A model generated the notes under the pieces. That model was not told where the DNA came from. It did no database searches and saw only the letters and a list, made by a program, of their open reading frames with translations. A stretch of 64,000 bases of DNA. It comes from Squalus acanthias. Taxonomy: Eukaryota. The number at the start of each line of letters is the position of its first letter. The first letter of the stretch is position 1. The stretch is from positions 62,436,001 to 62,500,000 of the forward strand of contig CM059432.1 in assembly GCA_030390025.1 (NCBI GenBank). Direction: 5' to 3'. Shown piece after piece: positions 1 through 12,123 of this stretch. A program made the translations under genes and the position numbers.

Positions 1-411
1 AAAATGAGTCAGAAAGTCAGTGGGAAAAACAATTCACATTCTGAACTTTTCTGAAACCTCCTAAAGCAATAGATGGTGTTCAAACTGTCGTGTTGTATGA
101 TGATTCAAATCTAAACTCAAATTTAATCCCTACACAGATCAACCAGTTTTGTCAGCACGCACTCTGAATTTGGTCACGTCCTTCTTCCTTCCTTCAATAT
201 ACACTTAATAGGTCTGCAATCCCAATGAGGGGAAAATATGGGATACACTCCTGTTATGAATTTACATATTCATAGTAGCCAATGCAATTTTTCACAAAGA
301 CCATAATAAAGATAGATCACCAAATGTCCATAATTTGTTCAACCTTCACATACAGAAGCAACCCCATGAATTTATTTTGAGGATTTCTTGGACCACAAAA
401 TTGCCAAATGC

Positions 412-508
412 TTTTTGTCTCTCCACAGATGCTGCCTGACCTGCTGAGTATTTCCAGCATTTTCTGTTTTTATTTCAGATTTCCAGCATCCGCGGTATTT
501 TGCTTTTG
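412..508 (+). repeat. Penelope-type terminal repeat relic (others at ~16300, 32089-32180, 33470-33670, 44345-44430)
   Basis: tctccacagatgctgcctgacctgctgagtatttccagca...ccagcatccgcggtattttgc resembles 55235-55322 of the Penelope element. Confidence 0.7.
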
Positions 509-976
509 TAAAACAAATAACTGGCTAGATATGTTTGATCCTGCCTTATATAGAAGGCATAGGTTCCACAAACATCAACAAAATGATACTTTCTCTTCAT
601 GGAGGAAGCACAGAATTACAGGTTAAATTTCAGCACAGATTTCCTAAGGCAAATGAAATTCAGAAACAATTTCAAGCAAACCTTTAGGACATGGTCATCA
701 CACTTCCCTATCTAAATAGCAAATGAATGCTGGTATAGAAACCATTACACAATGAAGCTCACTTACTGTCATAGCAGCAATAACTGTGAAAGGCTTAAAA
801 AGAGTGAAGAAAGAAATGGGGATGAACCCACAGGTCAAATTATATCATGAAGAATGACAGGCTCATTAACCCATTCCATTTATGATGCTGTCATTTGACT
901 AAACTGAACTTAAACAAGTTCAGCCCAAAACAAATACATTCCTGATAATCACCCCAAGTATGAAATAAATGATTAC

Positions 977-1125
977 CGTCTTTCTGGTACGAACAACAGG
1001 TAGCGTGGGATCTTGTGAGCTGTACGAGAAGCTCTGGACACCAGTAGAGAAGTCAAACTGACTCATTTCCTCACTGAGACTGCTGTCTACCATGTACGAC
1101 TGGGAGGACAAATAATGGGGTTCAT
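977..1125 (-). CDS. PRKDC: DNA-PKcs exon 23/23 (149 bp), PQR autophosphorylation cluster
   Basis: [50 protein letters not shown]; cag/gtaat. Confidence 0.97.
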
Positions 1126-1532
1126 CTGGATAAAGAGAAGTCACCAACACAGGCAAAGTTTAGTCAAGTCACAGAACTGTGAAGGTTACATTTTTGACAA
1201 TCCCAGTCTCTCTATTATCAACTGTAGTTTCTGTTTATCATTTTGCTAAACGAATACAATCTAAAAGAACACCAAATTGTGCCCTGAATGAAGTTATTTT
1301 GTTAGAAAAAAAATTAAAATGCACTGAGCCCCAACCCCTAATTTATGAATAAAGAATCTGCCGTGTGGAGAGTCTTTTCCCACCCTGAATTTAGAAGAGA
1401 CACAGTGTGCACAACACAATTCTCTGTAGATACTTCATCAGTGTTGACTGGGCATGGCAAGTGCCTCACCGAACTGCGCCATTTTTGGTGTCAGGTGACA
1501 CGCTGAGGAGTTCTGTGATTTTGTTTACATTT

Positions 1533-1826
1533 TACAGAGAATTAAACTGAATTTACAGCACAGAAACAGGCCATTTGGCCCAAATGGTCTATGCCAGTGC
1601 TTATGCTCCACATTAGCCTCCTCCCACTCTACATACTTCATCTCACCCTATCAACATATCCTTCTATTCTTTTCTTGGTCATGTGCTTAACTAGCTTCTC
1701 CTTAAAGGCATCTATGCTATTCACCTCAACCACTCTATGTGGTAGCAAATTCCACATTCTAACCACTATCCGAGTAAAGAAGTTTCTCCTGAATTCTTTA
1801 TTGGATTTATTAGTGACTATCTTATG
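1533..1826 (-). mobile_element. CR1 LINE 3' fragment
   Basis: Reverse complement of CR1 ORF2 C-terminus (RNFFT..VVRMWNL) and 3' UTR. Confidence 0.65.
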
Positions 1827-1859
1827 TTTTTAAAACTAGCGGTCATAAATATAAGAACA

Positions 1860-4358
1860 AGGAAAGATAGGCAAAAAGGAAAGGGAGGTGGGGTAGCATT
1901 GCTGGTTAAAGAGGGGATTAACACAATTGAAAGGAAGGATATTAGCTCTGATGATGTGGAATCTGTATGGGTTGAACTGAGAAATAACAATGGGCAGAAA
2001 ACGTTAGTGGGAGTGATATATAGACCTCCAAACAGTAATGCGGAGGTTGGGGATGGCATTAAAAGGGAAATTAGAGAAGCGTGCAATAAGGGCACAGCAG
2101 TCATCATGGGTGACTTTAATCTACATATAGATCGGGCTAACCAAATTAGTAACAATACTATGGAGGAGGAATTCCTGGAGTGTTTACGGGATGGTTTCCT
2201 GGACCAATATGTCGAGGAACCAACCAGAGATCAGGCCATCTTAGACTGGGTATTATGCAATGAGAAAAGATTAATTAGCAATCTTGTTGTGCGAGGCCCC
2301 TTGGGTCAGAGCGATCATAATATGATCGAATTCTTCATTAGGATGGAGAGTGAAGTAGTTGACTCAGAGACTAGGGTTCTGAATTTAAATAAAGGAAACT
2401 ACGATGGTATGAGGTGCGAGTTCGGTAGGATTGATTGGAGAATGTCACTCAAAGGGTTGACGGTGGATAGGCAATGGCAAACATTCAAAGACCGCATGGA
2501 CGAACTACAGAATTTGTTCATCCCAGTTTGGCATAAGAATAAAACAAAAAGGGTGACTCAACCATGGCTAACAAGGGAAATTAGAGATAGCATAAGATCC
2601 AAGGAGAGGGCATATAAATTGGCCAGAAAAAGCAGTAACCCTGTGGATTGGGAGCAGTTTAAGATTCAACAAAGGAGGACAAAGGGATTAATTAAGAAGG
2701 GGAAAATAGAATACGAGAGTAAGCTTGCAGGGAACATACAAACTGACTGTAAAAGCTTTTATAGATATGCGAAGAGAAAAAGATTAGTGAAATCAAGCAT
2801 AGGTCCCTTGCAGTCAGAATCAGGGGAACTTATAATGGGGAACAAAGAAATGTCAGACCAATTAAATACATATTTTGGTTCTGTCTTCACAAAGGAGGAC
2901 ACAAATAACCTCCCAGAGATGTTGGGGAACATAGGGTCTGGTGAAAGGGAGGAACTGAAAGAAATCAGTATTTGTAGGGAAATGGCGTTAGGGAAATTGA
3001 AGGGATTGAAGGCCGATAAATCCCCAGGGCCTGATAATCTACATCCTAGGGTACTTAAGGAAGTGGCCCTAGAAATAGTAGATGCATTGCTGATCATCTT
3101 CCAACATTCGATGGAATCTGGAACAATACCCATGGATTGGAGGGTAGCTAATGTTACCTCACTATTCAAAAAGGGTGGTAGAGAGAAAACGGGGAATTAC
3201 AGACCGGTAAGCCTGACATCGGTAGTGGGGAAAATGCTAGAGTCCATTATAAAAGATGTAATAGCTGAGCACTTGAAAAACAGTGACAGGAGCGGACAAA
3301 GTCAACATGGATTTACAAAAGGTAAATCATGCTTGACTAATCTACTGGAATTTTTTGAGGATGTAACTGGTAAAATAGATAAGGGAGAACCAGTGGATGT
3401 GGTGTATTAGGACTTCCAAAAGGCTTTTGATAAGGTCCCGCATAAGAGATTAGCGTGTAAAGTTAAGGCACATGGGATTGGGGGCAAGGTATTGACTTGG
3501 ATAGAGAACTGGTTGGCAGACAGAAAGCAAAGAGTTGCAATAAACGGGTCTTTTTCCCAGTGGCAGGCAGTGACTAGTGGGGTACCGCAGGGATCGGTCC
3601 TTGGACCCCAGCTATTCACAATATATATTAATGATCTAGACAAGGGAACTAGATGTAATATCTCCAAGTTTGCAGATGACACAAAACTGGGTGGGCGTGT
3701 GTGCTGCGAGGAGGATGCCGAGAAACTCCAGGAAGATTTGGACAGGTTGGGTGATTGGGCAGAAGCGTGGCAGATGCAATATAACGTGGATAAATGCGAG
3801 GTTATCCACTTTGGTGTCAAAAACAGAAAGGCAGATTATTATCTGAATGGCAATAGATTGGGAGAAGGGGAAGTGCAACGAGACCTGGGTGTCCTTGTGC
3901 ACCAGTCGCTGAAGGTAAGCATGCAGGTGCAGCAGGCGGTTAAGAAGGCAAATGGTATGTTGGCCTTCATAGCGAGAGGGTTTGAGTACAGGAACAAGGA
4001 TGTCTTGCTGCAGTTGTACAGGGCCTTGGTGAGACCACACCTTGAGTACTGTGTGCAGTTTTGGTCGCCTTATCTGAGGAAGGATGTTCTTGCCATGGAA
4101 GGAGTTCAGCGAAGATTCACAAGGCTGATACCTGGGATGGCAGGAATGACGTATGAAGAGAGATTGGGTCGATTGGGCTTATACTCGCTGGTGTTTAGAA
4201 GAATGAGAGGGGATCTCATTGAAACTTATAAAATTCTGACAGGACAGGACAAACTAGATGCAGGAAGGATGTTCCCGATGGTCGGGGAGTCCAGAACCAG
4301 GGGTCACAGTCTAAAGATAAGGGGTAAGCCATTTAGGACAGAAATGAGGAGGAATTTC
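1860..4358 (+). mobile_element. CR1-clade LINE ORF2 (APE endonuclease C-term + RT), one nonsense codon, both ends truncated
   Basis: In-frame ORFs 1824-3410 and 3492-4367: [40 protein letters not shown] at 3408-3410 replaces L of VYLDFQK. Confidence 0.95.
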
Positions 4359-5550
4359 AAGAATTAGGAGCTGTAGTAGGCCATACGGCCCTTCGAGCTT
4401 GCTCCGCCATTCAATAAGATCATGGCTGATCTTCTACCTCAACTCCACTTCCTCGCATGATCCCCATATCCCTTAATTCCCCTAGAGTCCAAAAATCTAT
4501 CTATCTCAGCCTTGAATATACTCAACGTTCAGCATTCACAGCCCTTTAGGGTAGAGAATTCCAAAGATTCACAACCCTCTGAGGGAAGAAATTTCTCCTC
4601 ATCTCAGTCTTAAATGGTCGACCCCTTATCCTGAGACTATGCTCCCTAGTTCTAGGCTCTCCAGCCAGGGGAAAAGACCTCAGCATCTACCCTGTCAATC
4701 CACCTCAGAATCTTATATGTTTCACTGAGATCACCTCTCATGCTTCATAACTCCAGAGAGTATCGGCCAAATCTACTCAATCGCTCTTCATAGGCAACCC
4801 TCTCATCCCAGGGATCAATCTAGTGAACCTTCGTTACACCGCCTCTAAGGCATGTATGTCCTTTCTCAGATAAGGAGACCAAAACTGTGCACAGTACTCC
4901 AGGTGTGGTCTCACCAAAGCCCTGTACAATTGTATTAAGACTTCCTTACTCTTGTACTCCAACCTCCTTGCAATAAAGGCCAACATGCCATTTGCCTTCC
5001 TAATTGCTTGTTGTACCTGCATGCTAACTTTCTGTGTTTCCTGTACGAGGACTCCTAAATCTCTCTGAACACCAACATTTAATAGTTTCTCACCATTTAA
5101 AAAAATATTGTTTTTCTATTCTTCCTACCAAAGTAAATAACCTCACATTTCCCCACATTATACTCTATCTGCCACCTTATCGCCCACTCACTTAACCTGT
5201 CTATATCCCTTTGCAGGCTCTTTGTGTCCTCCTCACAGCTTACTTTCCCACCTAGCTTTGTATCGTCAGCAAACTTGGATACATAGTACTCGGTCCCTTC
5301 ATCTAAGTCATTAACACAGGTTGTAAATAGCTGAGGCCCAAGCACTGATCCTTGAGGCACCCCACTAGTTACAGCCAGAAAATGACCCGTTTACCCCTAC
5401 TCTGTTTTCTGTCTGTTAACCAATCCTTTATCCATGCTAATATTTATATTACCCCCAGCCCCATGAGCACAGCAAACTTTTATGTGGCACATTATCAAAT
5501 GCCAGTTTGGAAATCCAAATATACTACATCCACTGGTTCTCCTTTATCCC
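4359..5550 (-). mobile_element. CR1 LINE 3' part, degenerate, tail-to-tail with preceding copy
   Basis: ORF fragments [21 protein letters not shown]; 3' UTR starts at 4359. Confidence 0.9.
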
Positions 5551-6616
5551 CCATAAGTGAAAACATCTTCTCTACGTCTACCCTTTCAAACCCCTTCATC
5601 ATTTTATCAGGCCATCCCTTAGTCTTCTCTTTTCTACAGAAAAGAGCCCCAGCCTGTTCAGTCTTTCCTGATAGTTGTGCCCTCTCAGTTCTTGTATCAT
5701 TCTTGTAAATCTTTTTTTTGCACGTTCTCCAGTGCCTCTAAATCCTTGCTGGAAATGTACCAATAGCCACAGTAAGAGTGCTTTTAAATCATTGTAATAG
5801 GAGTGCGTGCGGAAACTCACAAAAGAACTGCTGCTTTAACAAATATTTTACTTAACATGTAAAACTCACAGGGGGCTGAGAAAGAGGTTTAAACTACGAC
5901 AGCCAAAACAGTTCTACGCTCCGTTATTTGGAACCAAACATCGAAAGAGATGGATTGGGAGTGGCAGAATGTGATGTTACGTAGGAGATTTGAAGTGCTG
6001 TGTGATTATTCTCAGAGACCAGAGTTCACACCCAGAAGCCCCCATAAGAGTTCTCCACCTCAGTTATGACATTGTAGGGAAGTGTTGAACTGAGGTGCTG
6101 ACTTCCTCACATGGAGGAAGAAAGAGCGACCACAGCAAGTGACCCTGGGACTCTTTAATGCACCTTCGAACTGACATTTAGTGTGACACTGGCAGACTCC
6201 TGGGAGCAGGGCACCAGCCCACCCATACAGCTGGGAAATAATATGTAGTGCTCAAGACTATAAAAGCTTTATTAGAGGCAAAAATAATAAGAAAGAATGG
6301 ACAAAAGGATCTGCATTCATAGAGCACCTTATTACACCTCTTAAAAACAAGTCAAAGCACAGACTTTGCAAAGAAAAAATAATGAAAAGTTGCTGCACAC
6401 GTTCAGTGTTGTAGTATGACTCGCACAGACTCGGGAACGGGCTGTTTATTCATCCTTCTCTCAGTCACGAATATTGTTGTGTGGTGACCTCACCAATGGT
6501 GAAGGAATCATATTAAAAAAGATAAATATTAACACTTTATTGGAAGGCATTATTGAGATCCGCCAATTTGTAATTTATCCCCAAATCCAGATTATACAAT
6601 AAAATTCCACACAAAC

Positions 6617-6689
6617 CTGAATCTCCCGCTGCTGCTTCTCTTGCTTCTTTTCGAATGGCAAAATACCTTCTTTTCTTTTCCACTGGGAC
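6617..6689 (-). CDS. PRKDC: DNA-PKcs exon 22/23 (73 bp)
   Basis: Hand translation VPVEKKRRYFAIRKEAREAAAGDS; aag/gtttg. Confidence 0.92.
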
Positions 6690-7162
6690 CTTTAACAGGA
6701 CATTTAATGGTTTAAGAGAAGTGGCAGATCTTTCATATCATGATCAACTATTTCCCACACATTGCACTTTTCCCCTTATATTTTTGTAGTTTCCCCCCTT
6801 CTCAGTATGTTTTTCTGTGTACATATCAAGTATGGAAACAATGAAACTGGGTTCTCAAAGGGGTTTCTTTGTACAAGATTCCAGTACAATATTTATAATG
6901 ATGTATTGCCAAACTTCATTTTTTTTTCTTTCTAAGTTTTCTTTTCATCCTTTTTGTTTCCTTGATCTTCATTTTTCTGATGCATTATTTTTCTTGTTTT
7001 TTTTCCTCCTTCGTCACAGTCACTCCTAATTCTTCTTTCTTACTCCTCTACGCACAAACACCCAGATAAGCATGCAACAACACCAAGGCATTTTGACAGA
7101 AAATACACAAATCTATCACCCTCCGCACACTCTGATGTATTGTAGAAAGGACTACTACTCAC

Positions 7163-7228
7163 TTCAATCTCCACAGGAAAATTGTATGTGCGTTGGGCAT
7201 CGATCAGATTCTCAAAGATAAAGATATT
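7163..7228 (-). CDS. PRKDC: DNA-PKcs exon 21/23 (66 bp)
   Basis: NIFIFENLIDAQRTYNFPVEIE; cag/gtgag. Confidence 0.93.
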
Positions 7229-9450
7229 CTGTAAAAGAAAAATGATTTGAGAACTCCTGATAACGGCAAAAGCCATTCGCTGACTAGTCAGGAATACTGT
7301 AACAATTTACGGAAGTCAACAGAATGGCCAACAGGTTTTGCCAGTTGAGATTTCCATCCCCAAAGCAGCATTTATTGGAACATACAAGTTCATTTTTATT
7401 GTTTTAACCCTTTCCATTTTCTTCCCTTCCCCATTTCAAGGTCTCCCCACATAATGAACCATACCCCTGCTCAGTTGATGCTCATGCCTCACCACATAAG
7501 TCCATCACTCAGTGTCACTTAATGTAAGTATCCCAACAGACTGTACCCTAGTATCTCCCTGCTAGAATACTTCACGATTCTAATTGGCAGCTGTACTAAA
7601 ACACATAAATTTTATATAAATTCGGTCTTAAAATTAACTGCATTTTAACAATGGATACTGCTACTGTTCCATGCACATTTTTCAGGGGCCATACATGTTA
7701 GAAGACAGCCTTAAATTGGTGATATTTTTGTTTATATTCATATTGTTTTAGCTTGAAATGGTAGGGAATTCAATTTATTTACCACGTAGAAGAAACGACA
7801 AATATTTTTGCATGTTGGAAGCACCAATTTTAACATGCTCACAGAAAACATTTGAAAATCAAATAAGTTTTAACCACTTAATACTTGTATAAAACTAGTT
7901 GATCTTCTGTGGTGTTGCACAGGGGAATGAAGACCAAGTGTAGTCTTCTAGTGAAGCTTATATTATAGGGCAGCGGATAATTAGATCAGAGCACACAGAC
8001 ATAATTCAGTCATGTATTCTGCGCTTATTTTTATATTTCCAATACAAATTCCTATAAACTGCCTATGTAAACTTGTCATGCTGTAATTACACCCTTCCAC
8101 TAGCAGGTGGATGTAATTATAAATGTAGACATCATAATGGAAAAGGTTGATCAGAAGCACGTGCAAATGTAAGATCGTTACTATATTACGAGTAGATAGT
8201 TGCTCATGGTGAGTTAGAGATTTTGCTGATTTATAACAGTAAGGGTGTCTTTGTCATGTAGGGGATACATCAGGGACACTGATGTATAGTGACTGAACAA
8301 GTCAAATTCAATTTTTATGAAATTATATTCTGTGATTCTTACTAGTGCTTTGGGGATTTCATTTCACAACTCTTCCATTATTCTGCAAAAACTGTAAATG
8401 AGTGACTTTTACAATTGATATATATTCCTTTAATTGTTTTTAATTGTTACGCTTTACCATTTTTAATGCTGAGAATCCACAGCAAGAGAGTATGCTAGAT
8501 GCTCCAATTGGAGGTAGACATTTGGTATTTAATAGTATTGGAGAAGGAGAATGGGTTTCAGTCACCCTTGAAGGTTCTGCATTTTGCTAGTAAGAGCAGT
8601 AGTCCAGGGCTTTGATAGCACTGGGCAATGGTCCTGGGGTTTGGCAGAACTGGGGTGCAAGTCCTGAGTTTGACAGTACTGCAGAGAGGCAGGAAAAAAA
8701 TAGCAGCATGGGGGAGGGTCCTTTGATCTGGCATCACTGTGGAGAGGGAGCATGGGTTTTGGAAAGCAGAGCTGAGGTTTGCCACAATTGGGGTCTAAAT
8801 CCTGGTTTTAGTCAGTATAGAAGGGAGGGGTAGGATGTGGGCCTGACACTACTGGTGTGGGGGTCGATCCCATATGTGGCACTGCTGGTTTATAACTTTG
8901 CACGGCATCGCTGCAAACAAAGAATTTGGTGTTTTGTGATTAGTTCCTGGACGTGCATCTTTGTGTCTTTCGGTCTCTCTCTCTGCTATAAGAAAATGTA
9001 AACATTCTAATCACGAACCTTGGCACAGGCTGTAATGAGAGCTTTCATTTTTCTTGAAAAAAACAAATAAAATGGGGACAGGCTGTGTGCCGGTGTCCGA
9101 CAGCTTTTAGCAATTAGAATGTTTACATTTTCTGTCAACATAACATGCGTGATAACCAAGTTAGGTAATTTGAAAAATTAACTTAATTTCAATGAGAAAA
9201 GACACTCTCTCTTTCTTAAGCTTAATGCCTTCTGTTTAAAAAAAACACTCAGTCTAATTTTACCTGAATAAAGGTTTTGAAATTTGTCCTCTAGCATTTC
9301 TTCAAATAACTCATTAAAAACTTTTGAAAAATATTGCTAGAAGCTAAAGTTAAATACAATGGTACGCATGCAAACTGGCAAATTAGATATACTGCACATG
9401 CTCAGTGCACAATCCAAACACAGCTCAGTCACAGCCCTGGGCAAAAATAT

Positions 9451-10100
9451 CGGGTCAGAATTTGCAGTCAAAATAACAGTGAGGCTAATGGCGTTTGCTA
9501 TTATTTATGCGTAAAAGGTACAGCAACTTCAGGCGAGGAGCAGATGCGCGGTTAAATGCGAATATCCAAAAGTTGCTGTCCGAGTTGCGTCGCTCCGCTG
9601 TTAGCTTTGCGAAAACAGCATCTCGCTGTCTGGCTTATGCATTGAATGTCATGAAGTTGCTGTATTTACACAGTAGATACGAACTAAACCCGCCGCAGAT
9701 ATTTAGGGCCAGTAATTAGTAGCGCAAGTACTCTTTTAACAACGCGATAATTGTTAATTACTGCCAATCAAGTGCTCCAGCACTGAAAATTAACTATTAC
9801 AAGTGTGGAGTCTCATTCTTTCAGGTTTTGAATTTTTCAGAGATCTTTTAAAAATGTCAAATTTTTAATTAAAAATGTTTTTTCTTACTTTTCCTTTGTG
9901 TCTTTTTTTTCTGTCTCTCTTAATACATTATTTCTTTCCCTCTCTTTATTTCTCATTCTGTACCTGATTTGACATTGAATTCACCCGCTCTAATTCACCC
10001 TCCTTCTGCTGTTTATTTTCCAATCCTTAAATCTCATTGGTTAAGGAGATAACCTTTTGGTTCACTCAGGTCCCAGATGCCCTGCTTCCTTTGCTCTGAC
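9451..10100. mobile_element. Probable non-autonomous DNA transposon remnant
   Basis: Starts gggtcagaatttg like the MITE termini elsewhere in the window, CpG-rich part then AT-rich core; right end not identified. Confidence 0.4.
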
Positions 10101-10480
10101 ATTACTATTAAAACCCTCCATAATTTTCAAAAGCTATGTTAAATCTCTTCTGAACCTTCTCTGCTGCAATAGAAATAGTCCCAGTATCTCAAGTCTTCTC
10201 ATAATTATAGTTTCCCATCCCCAATATCATCCTATTGAAGCTACATTGTATGCTCACTATAGCTTTAATGTCCTTTCTATAAATGGGCACGCAGGCCCAC
10301 AAACATGACTTGAATTATGGCCTAAATAATGTTTTTACAAACTAATAGAAATGTTTCAAAATTATAAAGGGTTCTGAATAGGTGAATAGGGAAAAACAAT
10401 TTCCACTCCTTGGGATGATGTAATTGAGGGTTCAAAGACAAAATCTATTTAATTAGAATTAAGGAACAATAGAGGAGCTT

Positions 10481-11090
10481 TTTCTTCTTAGGCAGTCCCT
10501 CGGAACCGAGGATGACTTGCTTCCACACTAAAAATGAGTTCTCAGGTGACTGATGAGTCCAATGCGGGACCTACAGTCTCTGTCACAGGTGGGGCAGACG
10601 GTGGTTGAAGGGGCGGGTGGGTGGGGTGCTTGGGTTAACGTGCACTCCTTCCGCTGTTAGCGCTTGGCTTCCGCTTGCTCCCGGCGAAGAGACCCGAGGT
10701 GTTCGGCGCCTTCCCGGATGCTTCTCCTCCACTTTGTGCAGTCTTGGGCCAGGGATTCCCAGGTGTCAGTGGGGATGTTGCACTTTTTCAAGGAGGCTTT
10801 GAGAGTGTCCTTGAAGCGTTTCCTCTGCCCACCTGGGGCTCTCTTGCCGTGTCGGAGCTCCGAGTAGAGCGATGGTTTTGGGAGTCTCGTATCTGGCATG
10901 TGGACGATGTGGCCCATCCACCAGAGCTGATCGAGCGTGGTCAAAGCTTCGATGCTGGGGATGTTGGCCTGAGCGAGAACATGGACGGTGGTGCGCCTAT
11001 CCTGCCAATGGATTTGCAGAATCTTGCGGAGGCAGCGTTGGTGGTACCTCTCCAGTGCTGTGATGAGCTATTACGCTGCTGGGTGCATAC
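10481..11090 (-). mobile_element. RTE-clade LINE 3' fragment
   Basis: WMGHIVHMPDTRLPK..LYSEL..GKRAPGGQRKRFKDTLKASLK is a typical RTE C-terminus; short gaa tail. Confidence 0.85.
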
Positions 11091-11091
11091 T

Positions 11092-12123
11092 CATAGAATC
11101 ATAGAAATCGACAGCACAGAAGGAGGCCATTCAGCCCATCTTGTCCGTGTCGGCCGACAAAGAGCTAGCCACCCTAATCCCACTTTCCAGCACTTGGTCC
11201 GTAGCCTTGTAGGTTATGGCACTTCAAGTGAATATCCAAGTACTTTTTAAATGTGTTGAGGGTCTCTGCCTCTACCACCCTTTCAGGCAGTGAGTTCCAG
11301 ACCCCCACCACCCTCTGGATGAAAACATTTCTCCTCAAATCCCCTCTAAACCTCCTACCAATTACTTTAAATCTGTGCCCCCTGGTTATTGACCCCTCTG
11401 CTAAGGGAAATAGGTCCTTCCTATCCACTCTATCTAGGCCCTTCATAATTTTATACACCTCAATTCGGTCTCCACTCAACCTCCTCTGTTCCAAAGAAAA
11501 CAACCCCAGCCTATCCAATCTTTCCTCATAGCTAAAATTCCCCAGCCCAGGCAACATCCTCGTAAATCTCCTCTGCACCCTCTCTAGTGCAATCACATCC
11601 TTCCTGTAATGTGGTGACCAGAACTGCATGCACTACTCTAGCTGTGGCCTAACTAGTGTTTTATACAGTTCAAGCATAACCTCCCTGCTCTTATATTCTA
11701 TGCCACGGCTAGTAAAGGCAAGTATCCCGTATGCCTTCTTAACCACCTTATCTACCTGTCCTGCTACCTTCAGGGATCTGTGGACATGCACTCCAAGGTC
11801 CCTCTGATCCTCTGCACTTCTCAGTGTCCTACCGTTTATTGTGTATTCCCTTGCCTTGTTAGCCCTCCCCAAATGCATAATTTCACACTTCTCCGGACTG
11901 AATTCCATTTGCCACTGTTCTGCCCACCTGACCAATCCATTGATATCTTCCTAGTCTACAGCTTTCTTCTTCATCAACCACACGACCAATTTCTGTATCA
12001 TCTGCAAACTTCTTAATCATACTTCCTACATTCCAGTCCAAATCATTGATATATACCACAAAAAGCAAAGGACCCAGTACTGAGCCCTGCGGAACCCCAC
12101 TGGAAACAGCCTTCCAGTCACAA
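11092..12123 (-). mobile_element. CR1 LINE 3' fragment
   Basis: ORFs with [24 protein letters not shown]; ttctatg tail. Confidence 0.9.

Noticed and set aside
1824..4367. Autonomous active LINE or domesticated RT gene
   Set aside because: No ORF1 or endonuclease N-terminus, internal stop, 3' end missing
4340..4400. Twin-priming inversion at the CR1/CR1 junction
   Set aside because: Both sides cover the same RT region and differ in sequence, so they are two separate insertions
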